Positions 10,135-20,490 of a stretch of DNA of 64,000 nucleotides are shown in pieces; the first letter of the stretch is position 1; every line of letters begins with the position of its first letter. The notes below the pieces were generated by a model. That model did no database searches. It saw nothing but the letters and a program-made list of their open reading frames with translations, and was not told the DNA's origin. The DNA comes from an uncultured Gemmatimonadales bacterium (GTDB taxonomy: Bacteria; Gemmatimonadota; Gemmatimonadetes; Gemmatimonadales; Gemmatimonadaceae): contig CAWKNZ010000008.1 in NCBI GenBank assembly GCA_963851265.1, positions 32,001-96,000 on the forward strand. Reading direction: 5' to 3'. Made by a program: the position numbers and the translations under genes.

Positions 10135-11738
10135 TCAGCCCGGCGCGGCCGGAAGGGCGGCCGGAAGGGCGGCCGGGAGCGCGTCGGGCAGCGCGGCCCG
10201 CAGCGCCGCGCGCTGCAGCTTGCCCGACGCGGTGCGCGGGAGCGGGTCGCGCACGATGCGCACCTCCGCGGGCACCTTGTAGCGCGCGAGCTGCGCGCGG
10301 CAGTGCTCGCGCAGCGCCTCGCCGAGGGCCGCGTCGATGACATCGCCCGGCGCCGCGTCGCCCGCGGGGGGGCTGTTAGGCGCACGACGCCCACCACCCG
10401 CTGCCCCCACGCGGGGTCGGGCGCGCCCACCACGCCCGCCTCGGCCACCCGCGGGTGGGCGAGCAACGCCGCCTCCACCTCGGCCGGGTAGACGTTCTCG
10501 CCGCCGGTGATGATCAGGTCGTCGCGGCGGTCGAGCACGTACAGGTAGCCCTCGGCGTCGAGCCGCCCCACGTCGCCGGTGTGCAGCCAGCCGTCGACGA
10601 CGGCGCGCGCGGTGGCCTCGGGTCGCCCCGCGTAGCCCGCCATCACCACCGGGCCGCGCACGAGGATCTCCCCCGTCTCGTCGGGGGCGGCGTCGCGCCC
10701 GTCGACGGCCACGCGCAGCGCGTTGGGGTAGAGCGCCCGCCCCGCCGACCCGAGCTTGCGGAGAGCGTCGGCGGGGGCGAGGGTGGCCACCTGCGAGGCG
10801 GTCTCGGTGAGGCCGTAGGTCTGCACGACGGGCACGCCTAACGCCGCGCACCGTTCGAGCAGCGGCGCGGGCGCGGGGCCGCCGCCGAGCAGCACGCAGC
10901 GGAGCGACGCCGGATACGCGCGCCCGCCGCCCGCCGCGCGCGCGTCGAGCATGCGCTGCAACATCACCGCGACGACGGAGACGATCGTGACCCCCTCGGC
11001 GTCGATCGCGCCGTTCACCGCGTCGGCGTCGAACGCGTCGTGGACGACGGCGGCGGAGCCGTAGATCGCCGAGCGCAGCACGATCGACAGCCCGCCGACG
11101 TGAAACAGGGGGAGGCAGGCGAGCCAGCGGTCGTCGGGGCCGGCGCCCAAGTTGAGCGCGGACCCGACGGCACTCCACCAGAAGTTGCCGACCGTGAGCA
11201 TCGCGCCCTTGGGCCGCCCGGTGGTGCCCGACGTGTACAGCGTCGCGAGCACGCGCTCGGGGTCGTGTGCGAGTTGCAGCGGCACCTCGGCCTCGGCGGC
11301 CGCGCCGAGCACCGACGGGCCGCCCGCCTCGGACGCGAGTGTCATGGCGGGGGCCGTCGCGGCGGGGAGCGCGTCGCACGCCGCGCGCGCGAGCGCGGCG
11401 GTGCGCGCGTCGGCGACGAGCGCGCGCGGCGCGGCGTCGCCGAGCTGCCAGGCGAGTTCGGCGGGGGTGAGCCGGACGTTGAGTGGGACCAGCGTGGCTC
11501 CGAGGCGGAGCGCGGCGTGCGCGAGCACGGCCGGCGCCGCGCCGTTAGGCAGGAGCGTCGCCACGCGGTCGCCCGCGCGCGCGCCGAGCGCGGCGAGCTG
11601 CCGGGCCGCGCGCGACGCCTCCGCGTCGAGCTCGGCGAAGTTCCACGTCCGCCCGCGCGCGACGAGCGCGGCGCGCGCGGGCGCCGCGGCCGCGCGGTGC
11701 GCGAGCCAGTCGGGGAGCGCGGCCGGCGCGCCCGTCAC
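10135..11738 (-). pseudogene. menE: o-succinylbenzoate--CoA ligase, frameshifted at the G7 run 10366-10372 (real lesion or sequencing error)
   Basis: YTSGTTGRPKG, YGLTET, WLHTGD and IITGGENVYPAEVE lie in the frame starting at 11738; the C-terminal LARYKVP...LPRTASGKLQR lies in another frame ending at 10135. Confidence 0.85.
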
Positions 11739-11745
11739 GCCGGGG

Positions 11746-12570
11746 TCACGGGAAACGCGGGAACTTCGAGAAGTCGGGTTTCCGCTTCTCGAGGAACGCG
11801 TTCTTCCCCTCCTTCGCTTCCTCCGTCAGGTAGTAGAGCAGCGTCGCGTCGCCCGCGAGCTGCTGCAGCCCGGCCTGCCCGTCGGTGTCGGCGTTGAACG
11901 ACGCCTTGAGAAAGCGCAGCGCGATGGGGCTCTTCTCGACGATCTCGCGCGCCCACTGCATCGCCTCGTCGTGCAGTCGCTCGAGCGGCACGACGGTGTT
12001 CACGAGTCCCATGTCGAGCGCCTGCTGCGCGTCGTACTGGCGGCAGAGGTACCAGATCTCGCGCGCCTTCTTGTGCCCGACGACTCGCGCGAGATAGCTG
12101 GCGCCGTACCCCGCGTCGAAGCTGCCGACCCTCGGGCCGGTCTGGCCGAAGCGCGCGTTCTCGGCCGCGATCGTGAGGTCGCAGACGAGGTGCAGCACGT
12201 GCCCGCCGCCGATCGCGTAGCCCGCGACCACGGCCACCACCGGCTTGGGCAGGTAGCGGATCTGCTTCTGAACGTCGAGGATGTTGAGCCGCGGCACCTG
12301 ATCGCCGCCCACGTAGCCGCCCTCGCCGCGGACGCGCTGGTCGCCGCCCGAGCAGAACGCGAGATCGCCCTCGCCGGTGAGCAGCACCACGCCGGTGGTG
12401 AGGTCGTCGCGCGCGTGGTCGAAGGCGTCGATCAACTCGGCGACGGTCTCGGGACGGAAGGCGTTGCGCACTTCCGGGCGGTTGATCGTGATCTTCGCGA
12501 TCGCCTCACCGGCGGCGCGTTCGTAGCGGATGTCGGTGTAGGCCTTGATGGGCTGCCAGTCGATGCTCAT
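11746..12570 (-). CDS. menB: 1,4-dihydroxy-2-naphthoyl-CoA synthase
   Basis: [52 protein letters not shown]. Confidence 0.97.
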   Translation of the reverse strand: MSIDWQPIKAYTDIRYERAAGEAIAKITINRPEVRNAFRPETVAELIDAFDHARDDLTTGVVLLTGEGDLAFCSGGDQRVRGEGGYVGGDQVPRLNILDVQKQIRYLPKPVVAVVAGYAIGGGHVLHLVCDLTIAAENARFGQTGPRVGSFDAGYGASYLARVVGHKKAREIWYLCRQYDAQQALDMGLVNTVVPLERLHDEAMQWAREIVEKSPIALRFLKASFNADTDGQAGLQQLAGDATLLYYLTEEAKEGKNAFLEKRKPDFSKFPRFP

Positions 12571-12723
12571 GCCGGGCGTGGAAGCGGGAGAACGCCGCCC
12601 GCCGGAGCGTGGCGCGGCGGCGCTCCGCAAAGCTAGGCCGCGAGGGGCGGCGCGGCCCGGCTCGCCGACCCGTATCTTGTGCGCGAGACCGCTGCTCCCG
12701 CCATCCTCCTCCTCAGGTGCCTC

Positions 12724-13344
12724 ATGCGCGCTCGACTCGCGTTGTCCCTCGTCGCCGCCCTTGGCTTCGTCCCGCTCGCCGCGCGCGCCCAGACGCCGGC
12801 CGCGGCACCTGCTCCTGCCGGTGCGCCGGCCGCGACGCCGGCGACGCGCCCGAGCGCCACGCGCCCGACGGCGGCGCTGCCCGCCGCGCGGCCCCCGCAG
12901 GCCGTGCTGCCCCCGGGACCAGCGCGCGCCGCGACCCCGGGCGGGGCCAAGGTCGCGAGCGTCACGTGCAAGGATGGCACGACCGGGAAGGTCGGCCGCG
13001 GCGCGTGCGCACGGCACGGCGGCGTGACCACTGTCGCCGCGCCCGCGCCCGCTGCGGCGCGGTCCGCCGCGGTGGCGTCGGCCAACCCGGGTGGGGTCGC
13101 GCCGGCCCCGACACCCCAGGCCACCGCGGTGGTGCCGAACGGGCCCACGCGCCGGGCCTCGGCCGTGGCGCCGGGCGGTGCACCGACGCCGGCCACCCAG
13201 GCGACGGGTGCGGCGGCTGGCGGCGCTGAGAACGCCAACCCGGCGGGCGCGGTGGCGCAGTGCAAGGATGGCTCGTACTCGCACGCGAAGGGGCATCGCG
13301 GCGCGTGCTCGCGCCACGGCGGCGTGGCGAAGTTCCTGTCCTGA
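12724..13344 (+). CDS. secreted Pro/Ala-rich protein with two DUF3761-like Cys/His motifs
   Basis: Signal peptide (LAARA-Q); [21 protein letters not shown] and [23 protein letters not shown]. Confidence 0.75.
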   Translation: MRARLALSLVAALGFVPLAARAQTPAAAPAPAGAPAATPATRPSATRPTAALPAARPPQAVLPPGPARAATPGGAKVASVTCKDGTTGKVGRGACARHGGVTTVAAPAPAAARSAAVASANPGGVAPAPTPQATAVVPNGPTRRASAVAPGGAPTPATQATGAAAGGAENANPAGAVAQCKDGSYSHAKGHRGACSRHGGVAKFLS

Positions 13345-13379
13345 GCTGACGCGTTACAGCTGACGAGTCCCGGACGGGC

Positions 13380-14249
13380 TCACGCCCTGGTGGCGTGGGG
13401 GCCGTCCGGCGACGGACGTGGACCGAGGCTCTCGTCCAGGAACGTCCGGACGAGCGCGGCGAAGGCGTCGGGACGCTCCAGGTGCACGGCGTGCCCCGCG
13501 CCCGCGACGACGGTGATGCGCGCCCCGGGAATCGCGCGCCGCATCGCGCGGCCTAACGCGACGTACTTCGCGTCGAGCGCGCCGGCGACGAGCAGCGTCG
13601 GCGCGCGGATCGCCGCGAGCCGGTCGAGCGCCGGCGGGTCCGCGCCCGCGCCGGCGCCGCGCAGGCTGTTGGCGAGCCCGCGCGCGTCGTTCGCCAACCG
13701 CCCCGCGCGCAGCGCCGCCCGCGCGTCGTCGCCGAGCGCGGCCTGGGACGCCCAGAGCGGAAGCCGCTCCCAGCAGTCGACGAACGCCGCGACGCCGTCG
13801 CGCTCGATGGCGTCGGCGAGCGCGGCGTCGGCCGCGACCCGCGCCGCGCGCTCGGCGGGGTCGGCGATGCCGGGCGACGCGCTCTCGAGCACGAGCGCGG
13901 CGACGCGCTCCGGCCGTGCGAGCGCGAACCGCAGCGCGGCGCGCCCGCCTAACGAATAGCCGAGCACCGCGGCGCGCGCGACGCCGGCGGCGTCGAGCAC
14001 GCGGGCGAGGTCGTCCGCGAGGCGGTCGAGCGCGAAGCGCGCCGGGTCGGCGGGCGCGCCGGAGCGGCCGTGGCCGGGGAGGTCGACCGCGAGCGTGGCG
14101 TACGACCCGCCGAGCGCGGCGCGGAGCGGCGCCCACGTGCCGCCGGCGCCGGTGAAGCCGTGCAGCAGGAGCAGCGGGGGCCCGACGCCCGCACGGGCGA
14201 GGTGCAGCGAGAGCCCGCCGCCCACGTCGACGTCGCAGGCGTCGGACAC
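13380..14249 (-). CDS. menH: 2-succinyl-6-hydroxy-2,4-cyclohexadiene-1-carboxylate synthase
   Basis: LHGFTG, GYSLGGR nucleophile elbow, LESASPG, GHAVHLE; directly after menD. Confidence 0.92.
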   Translation of the reverse strand: MSDACDVDVGGGLSLHLARAGVGPPLLLLHGFTGAGGTWAPLRAALGGSYATLAVDLPGHGRSGAPADPARFALDRLADDLARVLDAAGVARAAVLGYSLGGRAALRFALARPERVAALVLESASPGIADPAERAARVAADAALADAIERDGVAAFVDCWERLPLWASQAALGDDARAALRAGRLANDARGLANSLRGAGAGADPPALDRLAAIRAPTLLVAGALDAKYVALGRAMRRAIPGARITVVAGAGHAVHLERPDAFAALVRTFLDESLGPRPSPDGPHATRA

Positions 14250-14255
14250 GGCGTG

Positions 14256-16136
14256 TCAGCCCGCGGCCGTGGGCGCGACGGATCTCGCCGCGTCTAACGC
14301 GGCCGCCACCGCCGCCCACGCGCCGCGGTGCAGCACCACGTTCCGCGCGCGGTCGGTGCGCATCTCGACGAGGTGCAGCCCGCGCCCGCCGACCCCCGCG
14401 GCCACCGCGGCGCGGAGCGCCGCGGGCGTCTCGACGCGGCGGTAGCACGCGCCGTAGAGGGCCGCCGCGGGCGCGAACTCCAACCCGTGCGGGGTGCCGA
14501 ACAGCTGCTCGAAGTGCGCGGGGTGCGCCGCCTGTGGCAGGAACGAGAAGATCCCCCCGCCGTCGTTGTTCAGCACGACGATCGTGGCGTCGAGCGCGTG
14601 CAGCCGCGCCGCGAGCAGCCCGTTCATGTCGTGGTAGAAGGCGAGGTCGCCGATGACCAGCACGAGCGGCCCCGCGCCCCCGTCGTTCGCCGCGCCGTTC
14701 GACGCGTCATCCGACGCGCCGCCGCGCGCGGCCGCGGCGGCGCCTAACGCCGTCGAGACGACGCCGTCGATTCCGTTCGCGCCGCGGTTGGCCAGCACCC
14801 GGAGCGCGCGCGCGTCGCCCGCGGCGAAGGCGTCGAGGTCACGGACGGGCATGCTGCTGCTCACGAACAGCGTTCCGCCCGCCGGCACGGCGTCGGCGAC
14901 CACGGCCAGCGCGCGCCCCTCGAACGGCTCGTCGAGTCCCGCGGCGTAGGCGGCGAGCGCCGCACCCGTGGTCGCGTCCACGCGGCGCCAGTCCGCGAGC
15001 CAGTCGTCCTCCTGAGGGCCGCCTGCTCCAATGATCGCGAGCAGTCGCTCGGCGAGCACGCGCGGGTCCGCATGCACCACCTCGGCGGCCAGCAGCGAGG
15101 GGTCGGGCCAGCGCGCCGGGTCGACGACGACCAGCCGGGCCGCGGCATGTCGATCGAGGTACTGGAGCAGCGGTTTGGACGTCGGAAGCCCGCCGACTCG
15201 CAGCACGAAGTCGGGGACGAGAGACGTCGCGGTGGCCTCGTCGCGGAGCGCGGCGTCGTAGCGGTCGATGACCGTGGAGTCGCCCGCGGACGCGTCGCGG
15301 TGCACGCCCCACCGCAGCTGGGACAGCGGATCGGCGAGCAGCGGCGCCCGGAGCGCGAGGGCGAGGGCCGTGAGCGGCGCGGCGAACGCGCGGTCGGGCT
15401 GGGGGCCGCAAACGATCAGCGGGCGCCGCGCGGCGCGCAGGTCGGCGGCGAGCCGGGCCACGGTCGCGTCGTCGGGGCCGGGCGGCGCGTCGTCGACGAC
15501 GACCCACGGCGCGCCGTCGGGACGGCCCTGCCACGCCAGCGCGTCGGCGGCCGAGAGCCCGGCCGGCATCCCGACCGGGACCGGAACGAGCGGCTCGCGC
15601 AGGGGGAAGTTCAGGTGGATCGGTCCAGCCGGCGCGGCGCTCGCGAGCGCGACGGCGCGCCCGGCCAGCGTGCGCACGTAGCGCAGGAGGGCGGGCGTCG
15701 CCTCGGGCAGGGCGACCTCCGCCGACCACTTGGCGTGCGCGCCGTACAGGCGGTGCTGGTCGATGGTCTGCGCCGCGCCCACTTCGCGCAGCTCGGGCGG
15801 GCGGTCGGCGGTGAGGACGAGCAGGGGTACTCCCGCGGCGCGCGCCTCGACCACGGCCGGGAAGAAGTTGGCCGCCGCCGTGCCCGACGTGCAGAGCAGC
15901 GCCACCGGCTCGCCGAGTGCGCGCGCCATCCCGAGCGCGAAGAAGGCGGCCGAACGCTCGTCCAGGTGCACCCACGCGCGAAGGCCGGGGTGCGCGACGA
16001 TCGTCAGGGCGAGCGGTGTCGAGCGCGACCCGGGGGCGATGCATGCGTGGCGTACCCCGGCGCGCACCAGCTCGTCGACGAACGCCCCGATGTACGCGTG
16101 CGCGGCCTGCGCCGTCTCGTCGGGTGCGGCCGTCAT
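14256..16136 (-). CDS. menD: SEPHCHC synthase (ThDP-dependent)
   Basis: PGSRSTPL, DERSAAFFALG, CTSGTAAAN, NRGANGIDG, GDLAFYHDMNG, NNDGGGIF. Confidence 0.96.
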   Translation of the reverse strand: MTAAPDETAQAAHAYIGAFVDELVRAGVRHACIAPGSRSTPLALTIVAHPGLRAWVHLDERSAAFFALGMARALGEPVALLCTSGTAAANFFPAVVEARAAGVPLLVLTADRPPELREVGAAQTIDQHRLYGAHAKWSAEVALPEATPALLRYVRTLAGRAVALASAAPAGPIHLNFPLREPLVPVPVGMPAGLSAADALAWQGRPDGAPWVVVDDAPPGPDDATVARLAADLRAARRPLIVCGPQPDRAFAAPLTALALALRAPLLADPLSQLRWGVHRDASAGDSTVIDRYDAALRDEATATSLVPDFVLRVGGLPTSKPLLQYLDRHAAARLVVVDPARWPDPSLLAAEVVHADPRVLAERLLAIIGAGGPQEDDWLADWRRVDATTGAALAAYAAGLDEPFEGRALAVVADAVPAGGTLFVSSSMPVRDLDAFAAGDARALRVLANRGANGIDGVVSTALGAAAAARGGASDDASNGAANDGGAGPLVLVIGDLAFYHDMNGLLAARLHALDATIVVLNNDGGGIFSFLPQAAHPAHFEQLFGTPHGLEFAPAAALYGACYRRVETPAALRAAVAAGVGGRGLHLVEMRTDRARNVVLHRGAWAAVAAALDAARSVAPTAAG

Positions 16137-17683
16137 CCCGTAGCGGCCGCCGTCGTCGCCTCGCCACGCTGGACGCCGCCGTTCGCCTCGCGCTCGCCGT
16201 CGTCGCCCTCGGCGAGCGCGGCCGCGAGCGCCTGGGTCATCGACCGCAGCTTGAGGCGCGATTCGGCGTACTCGGCGTCCGGATCGGACGCCGCGACGAT
16301 CCCGCAGCCCGCGAACATCCAGGCCTCGCGCGCGGCGACGACGGCTGAGCGCAGCGCGACCGCGAACTCGCCGCCGTCGCGCCCCACCCAGCCGACGGGC
16401 GCGGCGTACCAGCCACGGTCGAGCCGCTCGCGCGTGCGCAGGAACGCCAGCGCGGCTGCACGCGGGGAGCCGCCGACGGCGGGCGTGGGGTGGAGGCGCG
16501 CGACCAGGTCGAGGAGCGACCGCCCCGGACGGAGGCGCGCGCGCACCGGCGTATAGAGGTGGTACACGTGGCGGAGCGCGAGCAGCTCCGGCTCCGCCGG
16601 TGCGGTCACGTCGTCACACAGCGCGCCGAGCTCGGCGACGAGCGTATCGCGCACGAGCGCGTGCTCCGATCGGTCCTTCCGGCTCGCCAGCAGCTCCGCC
16701 GCGGACCGGGCGTCGTCGTCCGGTGTGGTGCCCCGCCGCGCCGATCCCGCAAGACTGCTCACGCGCACCTGCCCATCGTCGAGCCGGACGAGCCGCTCCG
16801 GACTGGCGCCCACGAACGCGCGATCACCGCGCCAGTAACCGAACACGTAGCAATCGGGGTGGGATACCTGCAGGTGCCGAAGTACCGCCGTGAGTTGGAC
16901 CTCGTGCGGCATGGCGGCGTGCACGGCGCGCGCGAGCACCACCTTGTCGAGCGTGCCGCCCTCGATCTCCGCGACCGCGTCGCGCACCAGCGCCCGCCAT
17001 TCGGCGCCAGGCCGGACGTCGTCGAGCGAGAGCGTCGCTTCATCGAGCGGAAGCGTTTCGTCCTGGTCTCGAGCGGTGATCGCGCCAGCATCGGCGCATG
17101 TTCCCAGCACTGCATCGCGGAGGTGCGCAAGCGACTCGGCACTGATATCTGGGCGCCCGTCGGCCGAGACCAACACCGTCGTCGTGAGCCAGCCGGTGCC
17201 GTCGGATACGGCGAGCTGCACGCGAGGCAGCGTCATGCGCGCGCTCGGGAAGCCCCGCCAGTGGTCGGCCCGCGGGCCGTCGGGATCGAACGCGAAGCCG
17301 CCCATGAGTACCGGCCCCGCCCCCGTCGCCGATGCGCCGTCGATCACCGCGTCGGACAGGAGCGCGGTCCACGCCTGGTCGACCGCGGTGAAGCGCGCCG
17401 CGCCATGTGGCGCGAACGTGGCTGCAGCACCGACTCCCAGCAGGGCGAAGCCATCGGCGGGCCGCGTCCAGAGTGCGCGACCCGCCGCGAGTTGCCGGGC
17501 CAGCAGCGGGTCGTGGGCTGCTGCGCGCGTGAGGGCCTCCAACACGTCGATCGTGTCCACCGCCGCGATCGGCTCCACCGCGCTCAGGAGCACCGGCCGT
17601 TGCGCGCTGCGGGCCCGGTCGCGCGCGTCGTCGAGACGCGCGAAGAGTGGGGGTTGGTCGAACGACGTCGTCATCACCTGCAC
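16133..17683 (-). CDS. menF: isochorismate synthase
   Basis: KVVLAR, GASPERL, LAGSARRG, LHPTPAVGG, FAVALRS, FAGCGIV; overlaps the menD start. Start approximate. Confidence 0.92.
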   Translation of the reverse strand: MQVMTTSFDQPPLFARLDDARDRARSAQRPVLLSAVEPIAAVDTIDVLEALTRAAAHDPLLARQLAAGRALWTRPADGFALLGVGAAATFAPHGAARFTAVDQAWTALLSDAVIDGASATGAGPVLMGGFAFDPDGPRADHWRGFPSARMTLPRVQLAVSDGTGWLTTTVLVSADGRPDISAESLAHLRDAVLGTCADAGAITARDQDETLPLDEATLSLDDVRPGAEWRALVRDAVAEIEGGTLDKVVLARAVHAAMPHEVQLTAVLRHLQVSHPDCYVFGYWRGDRAFVGASPERLVRLDDGQVRVSSLAGSARRGTTPDDDARSAAELLASRKDRSEHALVRDTLVAELGALCDDVTAPAEPELLALRHVYHLYTPVRARLRPGRSLLDLVARLHPTPAVGGSPRAAALAFLRTRERLDRGWYAAPVGWVGRDGGEFAVALRSAVVAAREAWMFAGCGIVAASDPDAEYAESRLKLRSMTQALAAALAEGDDGEREANGGVQRGEATTAAATG

Positions 17684-17909
17684 AGGGGAACGCGCGCCAC
17701 GCCCGGCGGGTGCCCGGGCGTGCTCGGGGGATCGGCGGAATGTATGAAGCCGGCCCCGGGGATGTCGGCGTACGCCCGGCTCGACACGCGTGCGTGGCGG
17801 TCGGACCCCACTGTTGCGGTCGCGACGATGCCGGACGACAGAGCGGGGCGGACGCCGTGTGGCGCCGCCCCGCTCTGTCGTCCGCAGTGTCGGACGGCCT
17901 ACGACACGA

Positions 17910-18611
17910 TCACGCGCGCGCGTTGCGGCGGCGGGCGACGAGGCCCAGGGCGCCGAGCCCGGTCGCCAGGAGCGCGTACGTGGCCGGCTCCGGCGTGGTG
18001 ACCGTCGCGGGGACGAGGAACTCCGCCGAGACCGACACGGCCGAGACCACGCCGCCCGAGTTGATCGTGTTGAAGACCTGCGCCGGCGTCAGGCCGGCGA
18101 ACTGCGCCGTGAACACGCCGCTGAACGTCTGCGTGCCCGTGAACGTCGGGCCCGTCGCGATGCCGTTCACCGAGAACGTCGCCGTCGAGCCCTGGGTGCC
18201 GGCCGGGTTGAGCGCGATCGGCCCGAAGGTGACCGTGCCCGGGCTGTTCTGCGTGCCCTGGAGCGTGAAGGTGTAGCCGCCGATCGTGAGGAACGGGCTC
18301 ACCGGCAGCCCGACCACGCCCGCGGGCGAGACCGTGAGGTCGGAGATGATGCCCTGGGTGCCCGGCGTGATACCCGGCAAGAAGATGCCGTTGATCGTCG
18401 GGACCGCGATCACGTTCCCCGTGGGCGTGCCGCCGATGTTCTGGTTGGGGCCCGCGAGGAAGTCGAGCAGCAGGTTCGCCGGGTTGGTCGGCGAATTCTG
18501 GAGATTGACCGAGCCGCTGAAGTTGAGCCGACTCTGGGTTTGCGCCGACGCGACCGACGCGACGGACAACGCGGCGATCGCGGTCGCCGTGATACTGAAC
18601 GTACGGAGCAT
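17910..18611 (-). CDS. PEP-CTERM sorting domain protein
   Basis: Signal peptide from ATG 18611 (GAGGG upstream); C-terminus TPEPATYALLATGLGALGLVARRR (PEP + TM helix + basic tail). Confidence 0.9.
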   Translation of the reverse strand: MLRTFSITATAIAALSVASVASAQTQSRLNFSGSVNLQNSPTNPANLLLDFLAGPNQNIGGTPTGNVIAVPTINGIFLPGITPGTQGIISDLTVSPAGVVGLPVSPFLTIGGYTFTLQGTQNSPGTVTFGPIALNPAGTQGSTATFSVNGIATGPTFTGTQTFSGVFTAQFAGLTPAQVFNTINSGGVVSAVSVSAEFLVPATVTTPEPATYALLATGLGALGLVARRRNARA

Positions 18612-18817
18612 GGCACCCTCGCTTCGGGGATGGACGTGCCGACACCTATCGGCGCGCCCAACGTACGGCCGGCTGGTCCGCTGCACCAGGGCGCATCGGT
18701 CGTTCGCCAGGGATCGGGCGATCCGCCGTGCGCCGAACGGGTCATCGACGGTGTCTGTGGCCTGTCGACCGCCGCAGAGCGGCATCGCGTACGCCCGGGC
18801 TCGCCTCACCGCGCGTG

Positions 18818-19525
18818 TTAGGCGCGCAACTCACGCCGGAGCCAGGCGCGCGCCACGGCCCACTCGCGCTTGACGGTCGCCGGCGAGACGCCGAGCGCGG
18901 CCGCCGTCTCTTCGAGGGTGAGGCCGCCGAAGTAGCGCAGCTCGACGAGCCGCGCCTGTGACGGGTCGAACGCCGCGAGCCGGTCCAGCGCCTCGTGCAG
19001 GGCGAGCACGTCGGCCGTGGCGTCGGGCGCGGCCACGTTCGCGCGGTCGTCGAGCGTGACGCAGACCGCCCCGCCGCCGCGCTTGGCGGCCTGCCGCGCG
19101 CGCGCGTGGTCGACGAGAATCTGCCGCATGAGGTGCGCGGCGGCGGCGAGGAACTGCGTGCGACTCTGCCCCGCGCCGCCCGCCTGCGCGGCGAGGCGCA
19201 GGTAGGCCTCATGTACGAGCGCGGTCGCGCCGAGCGTGTGTCCGGCCGCCTCGCGCCGCATCGCGAGCGCGGCCTGGCGGTGCAGTTCGGCGTAGATGGC
19301 GGGCAGGAGCGCGTCGAGCGCCGCCCGGTCCCCCGCATCGGCCGCGACGATGAGCGCCGTCACGTCGGTCGGAGGGGCGCCGGGGCCCCTGGCATCGGCG
19401 GTCGCCGCGCCGGGCGGCGTCGCGCCGAAGGCGGGCGAGTGGCCGATCCGCGAGCCGAGCGCGGGGGCGCAGGTCGGCGCGGCGGGGAAGGAGGGCAGGG
19501 AGGTGGCGTCCATCGCATCGTCCAT
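18818..19525 (-). CDS. ECF sigma-70 factor, TIGR02999-like
   Basis: LLPAIYAELHRQA, HTLGATALVHEAYLRL, MRQILVDHARAR..AKRGG, VELRYFGGLT, TVKREWAVARAWL. Start uncertain. Confidence 0.9.
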   Translation of the reverse strand: MDDAMDATSLPSFPAAPTCAPALGSRIGHSPAFGATPPGAATADARGPGAPPTDVTALIVAADAGDRAALDALLPAIYAELHRQAALAMRREAAGHTLGATALVHEAYLRLAAQAGGAGQSRTQFLAAAAHLMRQILVDHARARQAAKRGGGAVCVTLDDRANVAAPDATADVLALHEALDRLAAFDPSQARLVELRYFGGLTLEETAAALGVSPATVKREWAVARAWLRRELRA

Positions 19526-19874
19526 CGGGCAGCCCGCGGTCGGCCGCGCGAGGCGCACGGGTCGCAGGCGTGCGACACGGCCCCCGGCGGGCGCGGGAGA
19601 AGACCGCGCGATGCCGGCTGACACCGCGCGACGATACGGGCCGCCGGGGGCGGCGTCAACACCCCGCGCGCCGCGCCGAGCCGTTTTGGTCGCGCATTCC
19701 GCATAACACGATGGGAGCAGCAAACCCGGGCCACTCTCGGCGGCGTCGTGGCGCCTCCCGGACGAGCGCGCGCCCCGCTCCCGCCCCACACCCTCACGCA
19801 CCGCGCTGCGGCGCGCGACCGCGTCCCACCACCGTCGAGCGCCACCTCAGGCGCCGCATCAGGAGACCCGCATC

Positions 19875-20129
19875 ATGTCCTCGCCCCTGCACACCCGCCG
19901 GACGCGCGCCCAACTGGCCGCGGCCGTCGTGCTCGCCCTCGCCGCCGCCTGCGGCTCGTACGCCGAGCCCACCGCCCCGCCGGTGCCGGCCGGGTCTCTC
20001 GCGGCGGACAGCACGCAGGACCCGACGATCGTCACGCGCGACGGCCGGAGGGCCGGCTGCACCATCAGCGCCGCCGCGGCCGGTGCACTGGTCGCGCCAT
20101 GCGCCGACGGAACCCCGTCGGCGCCGTAG
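19875..20129 (+). CDS. small hypothetical lipoprotein
   Basis: AGGAG Shine-Dalgarno, then ATG; lipobox LAAAC; 84 aa. Confidence 0.6.
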   Translation: MSSPLHTRRTRAQLAAAVVLALAAACGSYAEPTAPPVPAGSLAADSTQDPTIVTRDGRRAGCTISAAAAGALVAPCADGTPSAP

Positions 20130-20241
20130 CCGCGGCCCGGGCCGCGGGCCAAGCCGCGGCCTAACATGCCCGCCGCGTGCCCGGAACCCGGGCCCGAGTC
20201 CGCGGATCCGGGTCCCGGGCACACACGCTGGAGACTCGACC

Positions 20242-20490
20242 GTGTATCCCATCCCCACTCGCATTCCCGCGTCGGCGCAGGCTGGCCGACCCACCCGCGC
20301 CGCGAGCGTCAGGACGGTGCGGGCCGCGGTGATCACCGCGGCGATCGCGACGACCCTCGCCGTCGCGTGCGTGTCCCCGCTCGAACCGGGCGTGCCCGCG
20401 GGCCCGCACGCGCGCGCGCCGGACGAACCCGTGCCGGTTCTCCCGTTGGTCGCGAACGGGGGCGGCGCGCCGGCCTTCAGCACTCCGTGA
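20242..20490 (+). CDS. small hypothetical lipoprotein
   Basis: GGAG then GTG 20242; hydrophobic stretch ending LAVAC. Confidence 0.45.
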   Translation: MYPIPTRIPASAQAGRPTRAASVRTVRAAVITAAIATTLAVACVSPLEPGVPAGPHARAPDEPVPVLPLVANGGGAPAFSTP

